Shown here in pieces: positions 50,137-62,400 of a stretch of 64,000 nt of DNA (the first letter of the stretch is position 1; each line of letters starts with the position of its first letter). The position numbers were made by a program, and so were the translations under genes. The DNA comes from Pavona decussata (taxonomy: Eukaryota). The notes beneath the pieces are model-generated. The model did no database searches. It had not been told where the DNA came from and was given only the letters and a program-made list of their open reading frames with translations. The stretch covers positions 2,046,001 to 2,110,000 of the forward strand of contig CDRNST010000215.1 of assembly GCA_977016875.1 (NCBI GenBank), written 5' to 3'.

Positions 50137-52765
50137 CGGTCTATTTCTTGCTTTTCCCACCTCCTGCAAGATGTCACGGGAAGGAATGGACGAACTTGGA
50201 GGGCGAATTTGACAATGAATTGCACCTGGGGGAAGGAGGGAGAGGTTTTCAATAAGATGGAGCAACTTGAACTCCTGTTCGTCTTATTTATTTACTTGTT
50301 TTGTTTTGTCTTGAATTTCTGCGGAAATACCCATGGAAGCACTTTCTACACAAGCCTTTGCCAAAAGGCTTCCTTTTCTCCCCCTCCCTCCCCCTCTCAC
50401 ACGGAGCCCCGGAGCCGGCCTAAAGCTTCTTGAGATGAGTAGAATTGTTTTCGGAGTTTTCTGTAGTCGCAGATAATGGTTAAAGAAAACTCCCATTTAT
50501 CCTTAGAGGCGTTATGTAACCAGCCATGGAACCCTAATTAACTCCTCATATTTGTACCATTTCTGAAAAAAAAAAAACCAGCACTTCCAAGTTACAATTC
50601 GACCCGGAACCTTTGAATCGAGTTACTCAACGGACAGCTCTTTGGTACTCTATGGGCAAACAATTACATTTGCATTTACGTTGTTAGGTTTTTCTTTTTC
50701 TTTCTTTGAAGGTAGACAAAGGAATAAGGTGGTGAAACAACCAAGGGGATTATGTATCAAAAGTAATTTGAGAAAAGGAAATTATAAGTAATTAAATTTA
50801 AAACTTATAATTAATATAGATTAGTCTGTGTAGTATCAGTTCTATCATTGTTTGCTAGTTAACTTGTAATACTTTTTTGTTTTTTACTTACATATTCATT
50901 TTTTTAATCATTATTATCATTCTTCTTTTATTTTTTTTTTAAAGGAAACCTCCACTCTTTAAAAACATTAACGTTAAGTTGTTAAAAATAAATACATACA
51001 GACGTTGTTTGTCAATTGTTTACACTCTGATTGTTGATTGACAGCTGAAGGTGTGAATGGCCAGGCCACGCCCCTTTTATACCGGCTCAGTCTCCTGTGT
51101 AAGGCGGAAAACTAACATCGTTTGAACTCTGTTAATTGTTCAAGGTTACAAATAAATAAAAAAAATAGTAAATATACTGTTCCTACATACTAAGGCCTAA
51201 TAGTTAAAACGTGTTCAACTCAGCTCTAGAACTGCTAAACATCAAATTTTATTATTTGATTAATATTTCACCAGTATTAAGTGATTCGGGAAATCAATAC
51301 CTCGTCATTTTTTTTTTTTTTCAGACGGTTTTATAAGTTTTCTTATCAGGCAGTATATGGGTAGTTTGAGGTCTATCATATTTCATGAGTCATATTCCAT
51401 TTTTATCAAAGAAATAGATTTCGCTGATAACTTTTCTATCAACTTCTCTTGGCAAGTAGCTAACAAATATGAAATACGAACGGACAAATTTAATTTTCTT
51501 AAAATTTTGTGATTCGAATTTTTAGCACCCCGGGCTGCGCTCTGTTGCTCGAAACCAGCTGACGGGATCGTGAATTTTGCAAGACTTGCAGCTGTTAGTT
51601 TTGGAGAATGAGGGAGAATGCATGAGCAGATCATTCAAAACCTCCTATAAATTCGCTTGGTTTAAACGATACCGTTGACGTTTACAGTGTGATGATTCCG
51701 ATCATGAGCTTTTAAAAGCTTTTTTTTTTTTTAAGTTTTTAAAGGTTGTGCCCTCAGATTTAATCTACTTTAAGCACTTATCCGGCAATATATGCGATTT
51801 TCAAAGGAATAAATTTCAAAAGTGTTTCGTACTCACAGATTCTTCTACATATCAGTGGAAATTTCCATCCATCGTCTATGAAAATCTGTTAAAACATTTG
51901 GCCGCAATTCAGCTTCTGTTCCTCAAGTGAGAAGTGAAAGTTGTGAAATTCCACAAACACGGCCATATTTTCATCGAACATGTCATCAACAAATGTTAGC
52001 AATAAACCAGGAAATAAGATAGCTATCGCTTTGAAATTTGTTCACGAAGCAATATCAAACATTTCTTACCAATTTGATTGTAATAAAAACCCTGGAAAAG
52101 TTTCATTAAAGCTGTCATGTAACGAGATAAATCGATCACATTGCAGCGAATTCACCGTCCACTGTCCACCATCATGTTTTTAGCCGCTGACCAGTTCGTT
52201 TATTGGCTCAAAAAAATATGAATGCTGGCACCTTTTCGCCTCCTCCCACCCCCCCCCCCCCCCCGCCCCCACACTTCGTCTGTTTGTTAATAAATAACCC
52301 CCTTTCGTGGCTCGTATTGAAGTATAATGCCCAAGGCTGAAAGATTGTCAGAACAAGATCAACAGCTGGCCAAGAAGCGAAGCTTCGAGGGCAACGGTGA
52401 AATTTTGAGGACAATTTTAAAGCCGAGGGCATTATCCGATATACCAGCCAGACGGAAAGTGGTCTTTTAAACCACTTCCGACCAATTTCTGAAACGCGCG
52501 CGCTTTACAGCGGACAAGACAAAAATACCACTGATGGCCACGGCGTGATTGCCGACAAATAAATCCAACCAAGCTAGTTAACTACATTTTATTAAATTGT
52601 TTCTTAACTCAACTTAATTTTTTTCTTTATTTTTGTCGTCGAAAAAAAATCGGGTGGTTGTTATCGTCTGATAATGGTCGGCTGATTTTGTACCACGTGA
52701 CGTGTTTGGCTGGGTTATACTTATGAATATAGGTAGAAATACTCTATAAAAGCGCAAAATTTGAC

Positions 52766-54337
52766 TTATTTTGTTAATTTGGAGCTCGCTCCAGCCAGAA
52801 CACCACACAATGTAATTATCCCAGCATCCAATGTGTTGACGTTCAATGAGTGACATCCAGAGGTCACGTGGTTCGCAACAGTTGCCAGGCGCGTTTGACC
52901 ATCAACTGAATAAGTATTGATAACGATGCCGGGCATGCGATCATCCAACCAAATCCGAGCTTTTCCCCCGAAGCCGTGTGTACGAAATACTACAACTACA
53001 GATCTAGTGACATTAAAACCTAACATGTCATCTTGTGGTAAACAGATGTGCAGTTTTAAACTAGAGTTTTCTTTCTCTGCTTGCCATCCGCCAAAGCCAT
53101 CGGATCTTGAAGGCGCAACTATACCCTGTACGCGTATGCGAAAGCCCATAGTTTCGTTTTTAACTTCTTTAAATCCTATATTTTTGGTCTCCTTTACATA
53201 TAGCGAAGGATTAAAGTACTTATCATTGATATCTGGTGTGAGTAGAGTAAAGCAAAGAGGTTTTGTACCACTATTGTCCTTTTCCATGGAGTAAAAGGCA
53301 TGCCTTGGCAACTGCCGTGAAGGTTCCCTAAATAACCCAAGCTGTGAGCTATCTATGGCTCCCAGTAAGGAATTGCGGACAATGTCAATAATCATCAAGG
53401 CAATTTGTGCATGCCCGATAATGCTTGCGTGATTGCCATCGGATGAAAACATTGCTGGAGTTTTTCTATTTCCGGGATTTGGACATAATGAGCTTCGCAA
53501 ACCTACGCTTGTGATCCCATAATGCCAGGCAAGCATGGTCTGTCCGTGGTTTTCCAGATTGTCACACTGGGCTATGCCTCTGTCACCTCGAATAAAGTTT
53601 ACAAAGATGACTGCTGGAGAATTCGGTTCACTCAAGACGCTTCGCGTGAGTTGCTCGAGAGGTAATGCCATTGGCAATGAAGAGTGTTTAAAAATCATGT
53701 CGTTAAGTGAAAACTCAAGAAACACGATGTCCATAGAATCTTGGGGTTTCAATAAAGTTTTATAACAATAGGAATAAAAGTTGCTAGAAGTGCCCCCTAC
53801 CGCCAGATTGCGAAGCATAACCTTAGAGTCCGTGAATGGCTGTATAGCTTTTTGCCACCAATCAATAAACACTCGGTAATAAATGCCATTAAGATCCGAG
53901 TAATCATAGACTAATCCACCTCCCGCCGATGTTGATCCGCCCATTACCGTAACGCCAATGTCTTGACCCAGTAAAGCCTTTCTCACAATGTTTTGAAGAC
54001 GTTCTTTCGTTGTTTCTCGTTCGATAGCCGCGTTATCGAGAAGCTTGGGCGTCAGAAGAATATCCTGCAAGGACTTGAATTTGTCTTTGTAATACCACAT
54101 CTCGAAAATATTCCCTTGAACCGAGCGTTGGAGTGCATTAAGTTGGACAGGGTTATTTAACAAGCTCTCTCTTTTATATTGCTCATCAGTTGAAGAATAG
54201 AATTGTCCCTCGCACGACAAAGTAAATAACATGTCACCGAAAATAAGCAAAATGATATAGCGCCTTGGAGTTAGCTTCCTTTCCATCTGAATTGTTAGCT
54301 TTGTCGTTATTTGCTTGAGTAAAGCCGAAAACATCAT
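52766..54337 (-). CDS. SGNH/GDSL-hydrolase-like protein, paralog 2; the likely start is the ATG at 54286 (506 aa)
   Basis: VMGGSTSAG, NLAVGGTSS, EFSLND, DGNH. The Met at 54286 aligns with the start of paralog 3. Confidence 0.88.
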   Translation of the reverse strand: MMFSALLKQITTKLTIQMERKLTPRRYIILLIFGDMLFTLSCEGQFYSSTDEQYKRESLLNNPVQLNALQRSVQGNIFEMWYYKDKFKSLQDILLTPKLLDNAAIERETTKERLQNIVRKALLGQDIGVTVMGGSTSAGGGLVYDYSDLNGIYYRVFIDWWQKAIQPFTDSKVMLRNLAVGGTSSNFYSYCYKTLLKPQDSMDIVFLEFSLNDMIFKHSSLPMALPLEQLTRSVLSEPNSPAVIFVNFIRGDRGIAQCDNLENHGQTMLAWHYGITSVGLRSSLCPNPGNRKTPAMFSSDGNHASIIGHAQIALMIIDIVRNSLLGAIDSSQLGLFREPSRQLPRHAFYSMEKDNSGTKPLCFTLLTPDINDKYFNPSLYVKETKNIGFKEVKNETMGFRIRVQGIVAPSRSDGFGGWQAEKENSSLKLHICLPQDDMLGFNVTRSVVVVFRTHGFGGKARIWLDDRMPGIVINTYSVDGQTRLATVANHVTSGCHSLNVNTLDAGIITLCGVLAGASSKLTK

Positions 54338-55101
54338 GAATCAAGGCTCTTGACCTGTTGAATATGCCGTAATCTTATTTTTCCCTGAAATAGAAATACG
54401 TTTCCCGCCCTTCAGAAACAACCGGTGCCAAAAGACTCACTTAGACGTTAAAGACTGGTACCTGGCTGTTGGTAGGACTAGCTCGGGATTTTTTAACTTT
54501 CTCTGTGTAGAGTACTAAGTGGGGTTGTCATGAGAATTTTGTTCCTTTTTCTTTTTTTTTTTTTTCTTTTTTTTTTTTGCCAAACTAATCAGTTTTCCGT
54601 AGGGCGAAGGGAAAAATCCGGATTCTCACCTTTTCAAAAATCAGAACAAAATCCAGCGAACTAGTTCGACCGTAGATGCCTTTGTTAAAACTAAAATATT
54701 TTTTAAACTCGTCACTAAACGGACAGGTATCGGCTGGTGGAAATTCATTGAAAGAAAACCAAATAATAAGCTTTCTTCAACAAGTTTTTTACGAAAAGGT
54801 TCAAGCAGGCACGCGAGGGTTTATCTCGCCAGGGAAGTTATGATTTCTCAGATTCGCTCTTATGAAGGACCAATGCTCGAACTGCATGAGCTCTCGAACC
54901 TTTTTACGGTGGCAAATTATCATCAACCCTGTTGAGAAAACCAAATATTCGTTTCCCTTCCTCTAGTTATGTTATTCGCAGCACCATAATTTATTTTGAA
55001 ACATAATATTGTTGTTTTGTCTTTATCAACTTTGAAATTGTAACATCCTCATAAAACATACCACGAGTGTTGGTGTTTTTGATGTCTCACTGTTGCACAG
55101 G

Positions 55102-55172
55102 TAGCCTGCGAACGCAGACGAATTTCCTGCTGTAGAAGGGGCAGCCGGAAATACGTCTGCGTTCGCAGGCTA
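55102..55172. mobile_element. 71-bp palindromic MITE with a 9-bp target-site duplication
   Basis: TIRs TAGCCTGCGAACGCAGACG / CGTCTGCGTTCGCAGGCTA. Flanks are ttgcacagg (55093-55101) and tagcacagg (55173-55181). The empty site is at 60939-60947. Confidence 0.85.
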
Positions 55173-55330
55173 TAGCACAGGCCGAGAACTAAATGAAAAC
55201 AAAATTATAAAATCTTTAACTTGTTCAATAGAGGACTGGCTTTCCAAACTTCCGCTTGATTGTCTTGAGTAATTATTTGAGTCTGACGGCTGTCCTGTAA
55301 TCAAACGACTTAAACCTGTGCATGTCTTAC

Positions 55331-55411
55331 CGTTCTTTTTCCCCGAATGTGGCTAAAAACCTGTCTAAGGAAAGCTTCACGAAGCGCAGGATTCATACCC
55401 CAACCTTCCAG
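55331..55411 (-). pseudogene. Orphan duplicate of neuropeptide exon 4 (LEGWGMNPALREAFLRQVFSHIRGKRT)
   Basis: 81 bp with intact acceptor ttacag and donor gtaaga. One amino-acid change (I to M) versus 61088-61168. It lies downstream of the precursor's predicted stop exon. Confidence 0.65.
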
Positions 55412-56401
55412 CTGTAAGAGAGGAATTTGTTTTGAAGGAAAAATATCCAGAACAGAACAGAAAAGCAAACAAAACGAAAAACAAAACAAAGGCTTCCCTC
55501 CTCTCCCCCCCCCCCCCCCCAAAAAAAATAATATTTATAATAAAAACACACAAAATTTTAAATTCTCCCTCGTGATTTCCATAAATTATTTTTATTGCTG
55601 CTTGGAAGAAATCTTTTCTATATCAGCGCAATAGCTCTTCCGTCAGGAAGTACCATGAAATACCGATTTTTCTAAACACCTAAGGAAACTTACCGAAGCA
55701 AATCCAAGGGAAAAAACTTTTTGTTCGAAAAATCGAGAGTTTCGAAAGATCGGGGGTTCGAAGAATCTAGATTCCATTGTACTGACGACATGATTTTTGA
55801 TTGGTTTATTTGGTTAAAAGTGGTCACGTGGTATTTTCTTGTCTTCACTATTGGCTCCTTTTGCACCTCACCCCCTCCCCCCTAATCATCACTTCGTCTG
55901 TTTGTTAATAAATAAGCCCCTTGAGCGGCTTGTATTGGACGATAATGCCCAAGGCTGAAAGAGTGTCAGAACAAAAAACAACTGGCCAAGAAGCGAAGAT
56001 TCGAGTGCAATGGTAAAATTTTGAGGACAACTTAAAGCCGAGGGCAGTATCATCCGATATACCAGCCAGACGGAAAGTGTTTTTTTAAACCACTTACGAT
56101 TAAGTTCTGAAATGAGCGCGCTTGACAGCAGAAAAGACAAAACTGCCGCTAATGGCCACGGCGTTGGTTCCCGCCAAATAAATCCAACCAAGCTAGTTAA
56201 CTGCATTTTATTAAGCTGTTTCTTAATTCAACTTAACTTGTTTCTTTATTTTTTTCGTCGAAAAACATCGGGTGGTTGTTATCGTCTGATAACGGTCGGC
56301 TGATTTTGTATCACGTGATCATGACGTGTTTGGCTGGGTTATACTTGTGAATATAGGTAGGGGTGCTCTATAAAAGTGCAAAATTTGCTTTATAAGGTTC
56401 A

Positions 56402-57922
56402 CTAAGAGTTCGCCCCAGCCAGAACACCACACAACGTAAATTTCCCGGCGTTCAATGTGTTGACGTTCAATGAGTGACATCCAGAAGTCACGTGGTTCGC
56501 AACAGTTGCCAGACGCGTGTGACCAAATATTGAATAAGTATCGATAACGATACCGGGCTTGCGATCATCCAGCCAAATCCGAGCTTTCCCCCCGAAGCCG
56601 TTAGTACGAAATACTGCAACGACAGATCTAGTGACATTAAAACCTAATATGTCACCTTGTGGGAAACATATTTGCAGTTTTAAAGTCGAGTTTTCTTTCT
56701 CCGCTTGCCATCCGCCAAACCCATCGGATCTTGAAGGTGCAACCAAATCGTGTCCCTGTACGCGTTTGTGAAATACGATAGTTTCGTCTTGAACTTCTTT
56801 AAATCCTATATTTTTGGTCTCCTTTACATTCAGCGAAGGATTAAAGTACTTATCATTGATATCTGGTGTGAGTAGAGTAAAGCAAAGAGGTTTTGTACCA
56901 CTATTGTCCTTTCCCATGGAGTAAAAGGCATGCCTTGGCAACTGCCGTGAAGGTTCCCTAAATAACCCGCCAAGCTGTGAGCTATCTATGGCTCCCGGTA
57001 AGGCATTGCGGGCAGTGTCAATAATCATCAAGGCAATTTGTGCATGCCCGATAATGCTTGCGTGATTGCCATCAGATGAAAACATTGCTGGGGTCTTAAT
57101 ATTTCCGGGATTTGGACATAATGAATTTCGCAAACCAACGCTTGTGATCCCATAATGCCAGGCCAGCATGGTCTGTCCGTGGTTTTCCAGATTGTCACAC
57201 TGGGCGACGCCTAGCTCACCTCGGATAAAGTTTACAAAGATGACTGCTGGTGAATTCGGTTCACTCAAGACGCTTCGTGTGAGTTGCTCGAGAGATAATG
57301 CCATTGGCAATGAAGAGTCTCTAAAAGCCATGTCGTTAACTGAAAACTCAAGAAACACGATGTCCATAGAATCTTGTGGTTTCAATAAAGTTTTATAACA
57401 ATAGGAATAAAAGTTGCTAGAAGTGCCCCCGACCGCCAGATTGCGAAGCATAATCTTTGAGCCCGTGAATGGCTCTATAGCTTTTTGCCACCAATCAATA
57501 AACGCTCGGTAATAAATGCCATTAAGATCCGAGTAATCATTCATTAATCCACCTCCCGCCGATATTGATCCGCCCATAACCGTAACGCCAATGTCTTGAC
57601 CGAGTAAAGCCTTTGTCATAATGTTTTGAAGACGTTCTTTCGTCGTTTCTCGTTCGATAGCCGCGTTGTCGAGAAGCTCGGGCGTCAGAAGAATATCCTG
57701 CAAGGACTTGAATTTGTCTTTGTAATACCACATCTCGAAAATATTTCGTTGAACCGATCGTTGGAGTTCATTAAGTTGGACAGGGTTATTTAACAAGCTG
57801 TTTCTTTTGTATTGCTCATCAGTTAATGAAAGGACTTGTTCCTCGCACGGCAAAGTTAATACCATGTTAATAGCATTGAAAATAAGCAAAATATTGCCAC
57901 TCATATTTAACTTCCTACCCAT
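56402..57922 (-). CDS. SGNH/GDSL-hydrolase-like protein, paralog 3, 506 aa
   Basis: VMGGSISAG, NLAVGGTSS, EFSVND, DGNH. Very close tandem duplicate of 52766-54337. Confidence 0.88.
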   Translation of the reverse strand: MGRKLNMSGNILLIFNAINMVLTLPCEEQVLSLTDEQYKRNSLLNNPVQLNELQRSVQRNIFEMWYYKDKFKSLQDILLTPELLDNAAIERETTKERLQNIMTKALLGQDIGVTVMGGSISAGGGLMNDYSDLNGIYYRAFIDWWQKAIEPFTGSKIMLRNLAVGGTSSNFYSYCYKTLLKPQDSMDIVFLEFSVNDMAFRDSSLPMALSLEQLTRSVLSEPNSPAVIFVNFIRGELGVAQCDNLENHGQTMLAWHYGITSVGLRNSLCPNPGNIKTPAMFSSDGNHASIIGHAQIALMIIDTARNALPGAIDSSQLGGLFREPSRQLPRHAFYSMGKDNSGTKPLCFTLLTPDINDKYFNPSLNVKETKNIGFKEVQDETIVFHKRVQGHDLVAPSRSDGFGGWQAEKENSTLKLQICFPQGDILGFNVTRSVVAVFRTNGFGGKARIWLDDRKPGIVIDTYSIFGHTRLATVANHVTSGCHSLNVNTLNAGKFTLCGVLAGANS

Positions 57923-59417
57923 CTGAATTGTTATCTTTGTCGTATTTTCTTGAGCGAAGGCGAAAATATTATGAATCCATTGACATGTTGAATCTTATTT
58001 TTCTGTTATGATGGAAAAAAATTTCCGCATTTCAAACAACCGGTGCCAACGGGCTCACTTAAGACGTGAAATGCTGGTACCTGGGTGTTGGTGGGACGTA
58101 CTAGCTGGGAATTTGTAAATTTTCTCTGTGTAGGGTACTAAGGGGGGTTCATTTATCATGAGAATTTCGTTGCTTTTTGTCCCAAACTAATCAGTTCTCA
58201 GGGCGTAGGGAAAAAGTTCCCGGGCAGAATTAAAACCAGGATTCCCACCTTTTTAAAAGTCAGAACAAAAGCCAGCGAACAAGTTTGATCGTAGATGCCC
58301 TTAAAATGTTAATATTATTTTCTTTTAACTCGTCGCTAAAACACAGGTATCGGCTGGTGGAAAGTCATTCTTTTGTTGTCTTCAAAAGATTTATGGCTTA
58401 GGGAGAAGGTCTTTGCTCTTTTAAAAAACCCTACAAAGAAATCGCCTGTGCTCTGTTACGAACTCTTTTCAAGATGAACACTGAAAACCAGCGAAATCTG
58501 TTTAGTTTAGTTTATTTAACCATTATACATACTTACATTATTTATCACCTGAAGGAAGGAGGTGGGGGAGGCGGACGATTTAGGGGCCGTGGAATCACGG
58601 ATCACATGGTTTTCAGAAGAATAGGACGGGGGATCAGCGATAATTGAGAGGCATTAGCCCAGCCGAGTGGTTTTATACCCGATAAAACACGTGCTGCGAG
58701 TTTTTTGAACGGCTTCAAAAACATTCCTGGAAAAGCGTGTGTCAATAGAGTTCATACCAATTACGCTTTTCTGAACGTTGGAAATTAGTATACGTGAAAA
58801 ACATCGCATACTAATGAGGAGTGTTTTATCAGCTGCTAAAACACCGCATACTAATATGAAGGAGGTTTATCGATATAAAGTCAAAAGCACGTGATGTATT
58901 TTCGACCATTTGATAGGTCAATGGGCTTATGAATTATTAATGAGTTTTGAATGTGTATATCAACAATACCAATTGAATTGGTATTTATTACTGTATTCTC
59001 CTCCTTTTGATATAGACATAAATTTTTGTTTTATGCTTTGGCCTCAACCTGGCCCAATATGATCACCAACAACGATCGCAGATGATCGCATTGTTAAACA
59101 TATTATGGGGCTGGTGTTATTTTATCAGCCATATCAAGGACATATAATTATTCACCAAGAAAATAATCTACAACTCAATATCATTGCTCCATGTTAAGGT
59201 TTTATTATCATTTTTCACGTTGCAAATCTAGCGTCCATATTTGATGCAGTGGATGACACTTTTTTTCACAATTTATATTGAAACGAGTCGATTGGAAAAA
59301 GCATTACTTATTTACTCAAATATTTTCCTAGGAATTTCCATATATGTAAATGTTGGCTTTAGCTTGGTTGTCTTGTCGTTTGCCGGGTTGTGTTTGCTAG
59401 CTGTCTTCAGAGGTTTT

Positions 59418-62400
59418 TCATGTGGACCTTTTGGAGTCATCCTGAAAGTAAAGCAGAAAAGTGCTTGTGTAATCCTTTAACCCCTAATATCAAAGAACAA
59501 ATTCTCCTATCTTGTCCCCACACTTTTCTTATAAAATTACTGGGGACAAGAAAAGTCACCTTGGGTAATCATATCCTTAATTCTCATGACCTCTGGGGTT
59601 AGATAACCCTTGATATTACAAGGAGAAATTTGATGATGATCACTGTTAGGGTTAACATTACCACCACAGATTGTTTTAATTGACTAAAATAAAAATATTG
59701 TGGAGGAGCGTATGCAGGTTTCTGATAAACACTCGTTTCCACGTCGTAAACTGACTTTTGTCTTTCACTAATTACATGGAGTAAAACATATTTCAACCTT
59801 AGGGGCAAAAGGAGGGGAAAAAATCAGAATAGCCTACGCCTAAAACCCAGCCGAGTTGTCCGCTTCATTTATGCAACGAGGAACAGCTCCCGTCGATTTA
59901 CAGTTCAACCCACTGCAATAAATGAAATTAAACTAAGCGTTTTCAATTCAGGGTTTTACCCTTACTATTGTAGTTTGGTGCTAAACCCTAAAATACTGTT
60001 CCTTGCCTAAAAGGAGCTCTATTTACTCAGTTTTCCGCCTGATAAATGGGGTTCTGTTCTCGTGCATGTCAATACTATGAGGTAAAGGGATACTAGGTTG
60101 TGTAATCCTCATAAAGTGTCGGTTTGAGATGTGAAATCGAGTGTTCATTGGCTTTCCACCAGCATGGCGGTGATGACATCACGTCTTCTAAAATAGTTTA
60201 AAAAATCGAAGGGCAATGAAACCCGTGAGGGAGCGGAGAGGGGAATTATATATGAGGGGAGGAGAGGGTTTTGCGGTGCAAATTTCGTTTGAATTTCCCC
60301 GGTTTTGAGGTGGAGAGGAAAAAGTGTAACATCGATCTACTCCCTAAAGGAAGAAGCTCTTAGTCTAGGAACTGTCAACGTTTCTCATTTTGTTTCTCGG
60401 CAGCTTGAACACTAAAATGTCCCTCCCTCCCCCCACCCCTCACCCTGCATACCTGTTGTCTTTTCCCACGGATGTGCCCCAGATATGCATTGTTTAAAGC
60501 AGCCAATAAATCTTCATTTGACGTCCAGCCACCCTTGAACACAACACGATTAAACAACATCACTTTTTAGAACTTGGTTCACTTAATAAACAGACACGCG
60601 AGGGTGTATCTCATCAGGGAATTCAAGTAACGAATTCTTAGATTCGCTCTGACGAAAGGGCCAATGCTTGAAACATCAACTCTCGAACCTTTTTACGGTG
60701 GTCAATGACCTTATCAACTTTTTTGATAAAACCAAATATTCGTTTCCCCTCCCCCACTGACGCAGTACCACAGATTCTTTTGAAACAAACCCACTTATAC
60801 TTTGAGGAGTGGCGAAGACGTAAGCTTTTGTATTTGTTTTGTTTGTTGATAATATTGTTGTTTTGTCTTTTAAAACTTCTAAACTGTAACATCCTGATGA
60901 AACATATCTCGAGCGTTGGTCTTTTTGATGTCTCACTATAGCACAGGCCGTGAACTAAATGAAAACAAAATTATAAAATCTTTAACTTGTTTTTCCAATG
61001 AAACTTCTGCTTGATTGTCTTGAGCAATTACTTGAAAGTCTAACGGCTGTCCTGTAATCAAACGACTTAAACCTGTGCATGTCTTACCGTTCTTTTTCCC
61101 CGAATGTGGCTAAAAACCTGTCTAAGGAAAGCTTCACGAAGCGCAGGATTGATACCCCAACCTTCCAGCTGTAAGAGAGGAATTTGTTTTAAGGGAAAAA
61201 AACAAATAAACAAACAAAACGGAACAGAAAAGCAAACAAAAACAAAAAACAAGGAAAGGGAAACAATTTTTGGTCCGAAGAATCGAGAGTTTCGAAAAAT
61301 TCCATGTCTCTTGCCTATTCTTGCAAAGACATCTTTCATATATAATCTTATCTGCAGCGACGAGTAGAAGACGTCCGTGTTTCCAAAACATCGACTGCTT
61401 AAACTTTCACTTTTGGCGCCAAAAACGCCGTACTCGATCCACGCCCGCACAACGTCCCTACCGTTCGTCTGCTTATTAAGCTCTCTAATATCTTTCAAAG
61501 GTAACCATAAAACTTTTCAGACTCATAGTAAAGCTATATACCAGAAGACATAACGTTGATTATTGTTCTCAAAGTCTTAGTCACCCTTAATTACACAAAT
61601 ATCTCGAGTAAGGCTTTCATATCCTGTTCAGATTGTTTTATCCGACTAATTGTTTCGCACGTTCCAGAACAGTGAACACGAAAGCTAGCGCAGTCGAAAG
61701 AGAGCCTTTACATAATCTCTTATAAAGTTTGTCCAAGAAGTTAAAACGCTTCTTACCGTTCGCTTTCCACGGAAATGACCCAGATAAGCTGTGTTCAGTG
61801 CTTCTCCTAGCGGTGGATTGTCTTCTAAATCCTGGAAATGAAAAGCCAAGTACCAATTCAACTTCATCAAAGAAAAAGATACTTAGGAATTGAATCCGTG
61901 GTACACGTAACCAGAGTCTTTGTAACGTTGGATGCGCGGTGGTATGGTGGTTAGCGTATCAGTCTTCCGGTTGGAACGGATCAGAAGATCGGTGGTTCGA
62001 GGTTAGGTTGCAATTGGTCTCTTGAAGTTCATTACTGTGTTGTTTCCTTAGACAAGAAACTGTACTCCACCTTGTCTCTCTTCACCCAGGTGTATAAATG
62101 TGTCTCGGCAAGATAAACGCATAGTGCTGGGGATGGATTAGCATCCTGTATCTAGGGAGGAGTAGCAATACTGCTAGCTGCTTCATGCTACAGAAATCCG
62201 GTTAAGTCCCAGTCGTGTGGGCTACTTAGGATCTAAGTGTGACCTAACCATTACCTAATATGGGTCCAAGTACGAGTGCTCCTGGTAAGAACCGCCTTGG
62301 TTTCATTGACTGAATATTTGACTACAATTTATACGATCACCGCACATGCCTACCAAAGGAACATTAAGCGGCAATATGACTGCGCATGCTCGTCGCGCGT

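Larger units (their letters stand above)
52270..55745. repeat. Segmental duplicate of ~55885-61295 lacking the internal ~58370-60595 part
   Basis: 52270-54750 aligns with 55885-58370, and 54785-55440 aligns with 60595-61197. A short match aatcgagagtttcgaaa occurs at ~55731 and ~61281. Confidence 0.85.

Noticed and set aside
52917-57398. Plus-strand ORFs shared between the SGNH paralogs
   Set aside because: Antisense shadows of the duplicated CDSs.
60150-60345. Alternative terminal exon for the neuropeptide precursor
   Set aside because: An open frame follows an AG at ~60344, but it has no peptide-like features. The acceptor at 59442 is stronger and is followed by a UTR and AATAAA.
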